From Candidatus Hydrogenedentota bacterium (GTDB taxonomy: Bacteria; Hydrogenedentota; Hydrogenedentia; Hydrogenedentales; JAEUWI01), in contig JAXMOL010000004.1 of the NCBI GenBank assembly GCA_034669905.1, positions 32,001-96,000 on the forward strand: a stretch of 64,000 nucleotides of DNA, in the 5' to 3' direction. Position 1 is the first letter of the stretch, and each line of letters starts with the position of its first letter. Positions 63,110 to 64,000 of this stretch are shown piece after piece. Under the pieces are notes generated by a model that was given only the letters and a program-made list of their open reading frames with translations, was not told the DNA's origin and did no database searches. The translations under genes and the position numbers were made by a program.

Positions 63110-63502
63110 ATGACACAACCAGCAGGTTTCAGCACGGTTACTCCCTACCTGTTCGTAGACGGCGCGGCAGGATATATCGAGTTTCTGAAAGCCGCTTTCG
63201 ACGCCGAGGAACTCGGTCGCCATCTCGGCCCCGGCAAGCGTATTGCCAATGCCATCCTGCGCATCGGCACCGCTTCCTTCATGCTCAGCGATTGCACCGA
63301 AGCCTTTCCTGCCATGCCTTCCGCCTATTACCTCTACGTGGAGGATGCCCATACGGCGATGGCACGGGCCCTTGAAGCAGGGGCCATCCAGGTGATGGAA
63401 GTGGGGGATATGCCCTATGGGGACCGGCAGGGGGGCGTGCGAGACCCCTTTGGAAATCTCTGGTGGATCTCCCAGCGGCTGGTCGACACCCCCTACTATT
63501 AG
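63110..63502 (+). CDS. VOC family protein (PhnB-like)
   Basis: TVTPYL, FLKAAFDA, YLYVED, YGDRQGGVRDPFGNLWWI. Confidence 0.85.
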   Translation: MTQPAGFSTVTPYLFVDGAAGYIEFLKAAFDAEELGRHLGPGKRIANAILRIGTASFMLSDCTEAFPAMPSAYYLYVEDAHTAMARALEAGAIQVMEVGDMPYGDRQGGVRDPFGNLWWISQRLVDTPYY

Positions 63503-63508
63503 CTGCCG

Positions 63509-63865
63509 CTACAGGTGTTGGAGAATGTTCACTACGTTACCATAGGGATCCACGACATAAAAGCGTCGCACTCCCCAGGCTTCGTCCGTGGGGCCGTAGG
63601 TTATTTCAAAGCCCGCTTCCCGCATTCGTGCGCAGGCCTCATCCACCTTATCGACTTCAATGGATACATCGGGAAGGGGCGTGCCCGCGCCCCCTTCTGT
63701 CGCCACACTGATCTGTATCGGCATGGAATCCGCTCCCATATAGGTCTGTATCCACCCCTGATCCATCTGGCAATCGAGTCCCAGGACGTCCTGATAAAAG
63801 ACATCCCCGGCTGACCGCTGCGGCTCGGTTGCTTTCAGGTTGGCGACGATGCGTTTAACCCGCAT
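63509..63865 (-). CDS. VOC/glyoxalase family protein
   Basis: FYQDVLGL, SIEVD, EAWGVRRFYVVDPYGNVVNI. Confidence 0.85.
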   Translation of the reverse strand: MRVKRIVANLKATEPQRSAGDVFYQDVLGLDCQMDQGWIQTYMGADSMPIQISVATEGGAGTPLPDVSIEVDKVDEACARMREAGFEITYGPTDEAWGVRRFYVVDPYGNVVNILQHL

Positions 63866-63867
63866 GA

Positions 63868-63999
63868 CTAAAGTCTTCTCACCCCAAAGCCGCCCCCCAC
63901 TTCGATAACCGCGCCCGTGGCATAGTCAAAGTAGCCTTCCGTGAAAGCCAATACTGCTTTACCCACATCCTCGGGCGTGCCCCAGCGCTTCTGTAGCAA
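63868..63999 (-). CDS. C-terminus of an SDR oxidoreductase (truncated by window end)
   Basis: Hand translation LLQKRWGTPEDVGKAVLAFTEGYFDYATGAVIEVGGGFGVRRL-stop; not in the ORF track. Confidence 0.7.
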   Translation of the reverse strand: MLQKRWGTPEDVGKAVLAFTEGYFDYATGAVIEVGGGFGVRRL

Positions 64000-64000
64000 G

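Overview
Gene-dense, GC-rich bacterial chromosomal window with about 53 CDS. I found no rRNA, tRNA, CRISPR array, phage or transposon. The gene style (DUF1501, sulfatase, tandem alginate-export barrels, sigma54 systems) suggests a diderm environmental lineage, possibly Hydrogenedentota or PVC-like; this is inference only. Housekeeping genes include dnaE, cinA/pncC, purB, an archaeal-type purO, gnd, pdxB and manC. Three loci stand out. (1) A FixL-like heme-PAS kinase and sigma54 activator operon shares a -24/-12 promoter and an identical 12-bp upstream motif (ACACTAGTGTGC) with a nearby acyl-CoA ligase-GNAT fusion gene, suggesting an O2-responsive sigma54 regulon. (2) A co-oriented sugar-acid cluster (UxuB-like SDR, HAD, PdxB, LarA-family epimerase, PPi-PFK, Gnd) may route mannonate to 6-phosphogluconate. 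(3) An operon encodes a MinD/FlhG-like ATPase, an extended bactofilin, a Zn peptidase and an exported protein. All family calls are from motif recognition by eye; no database searches were run.
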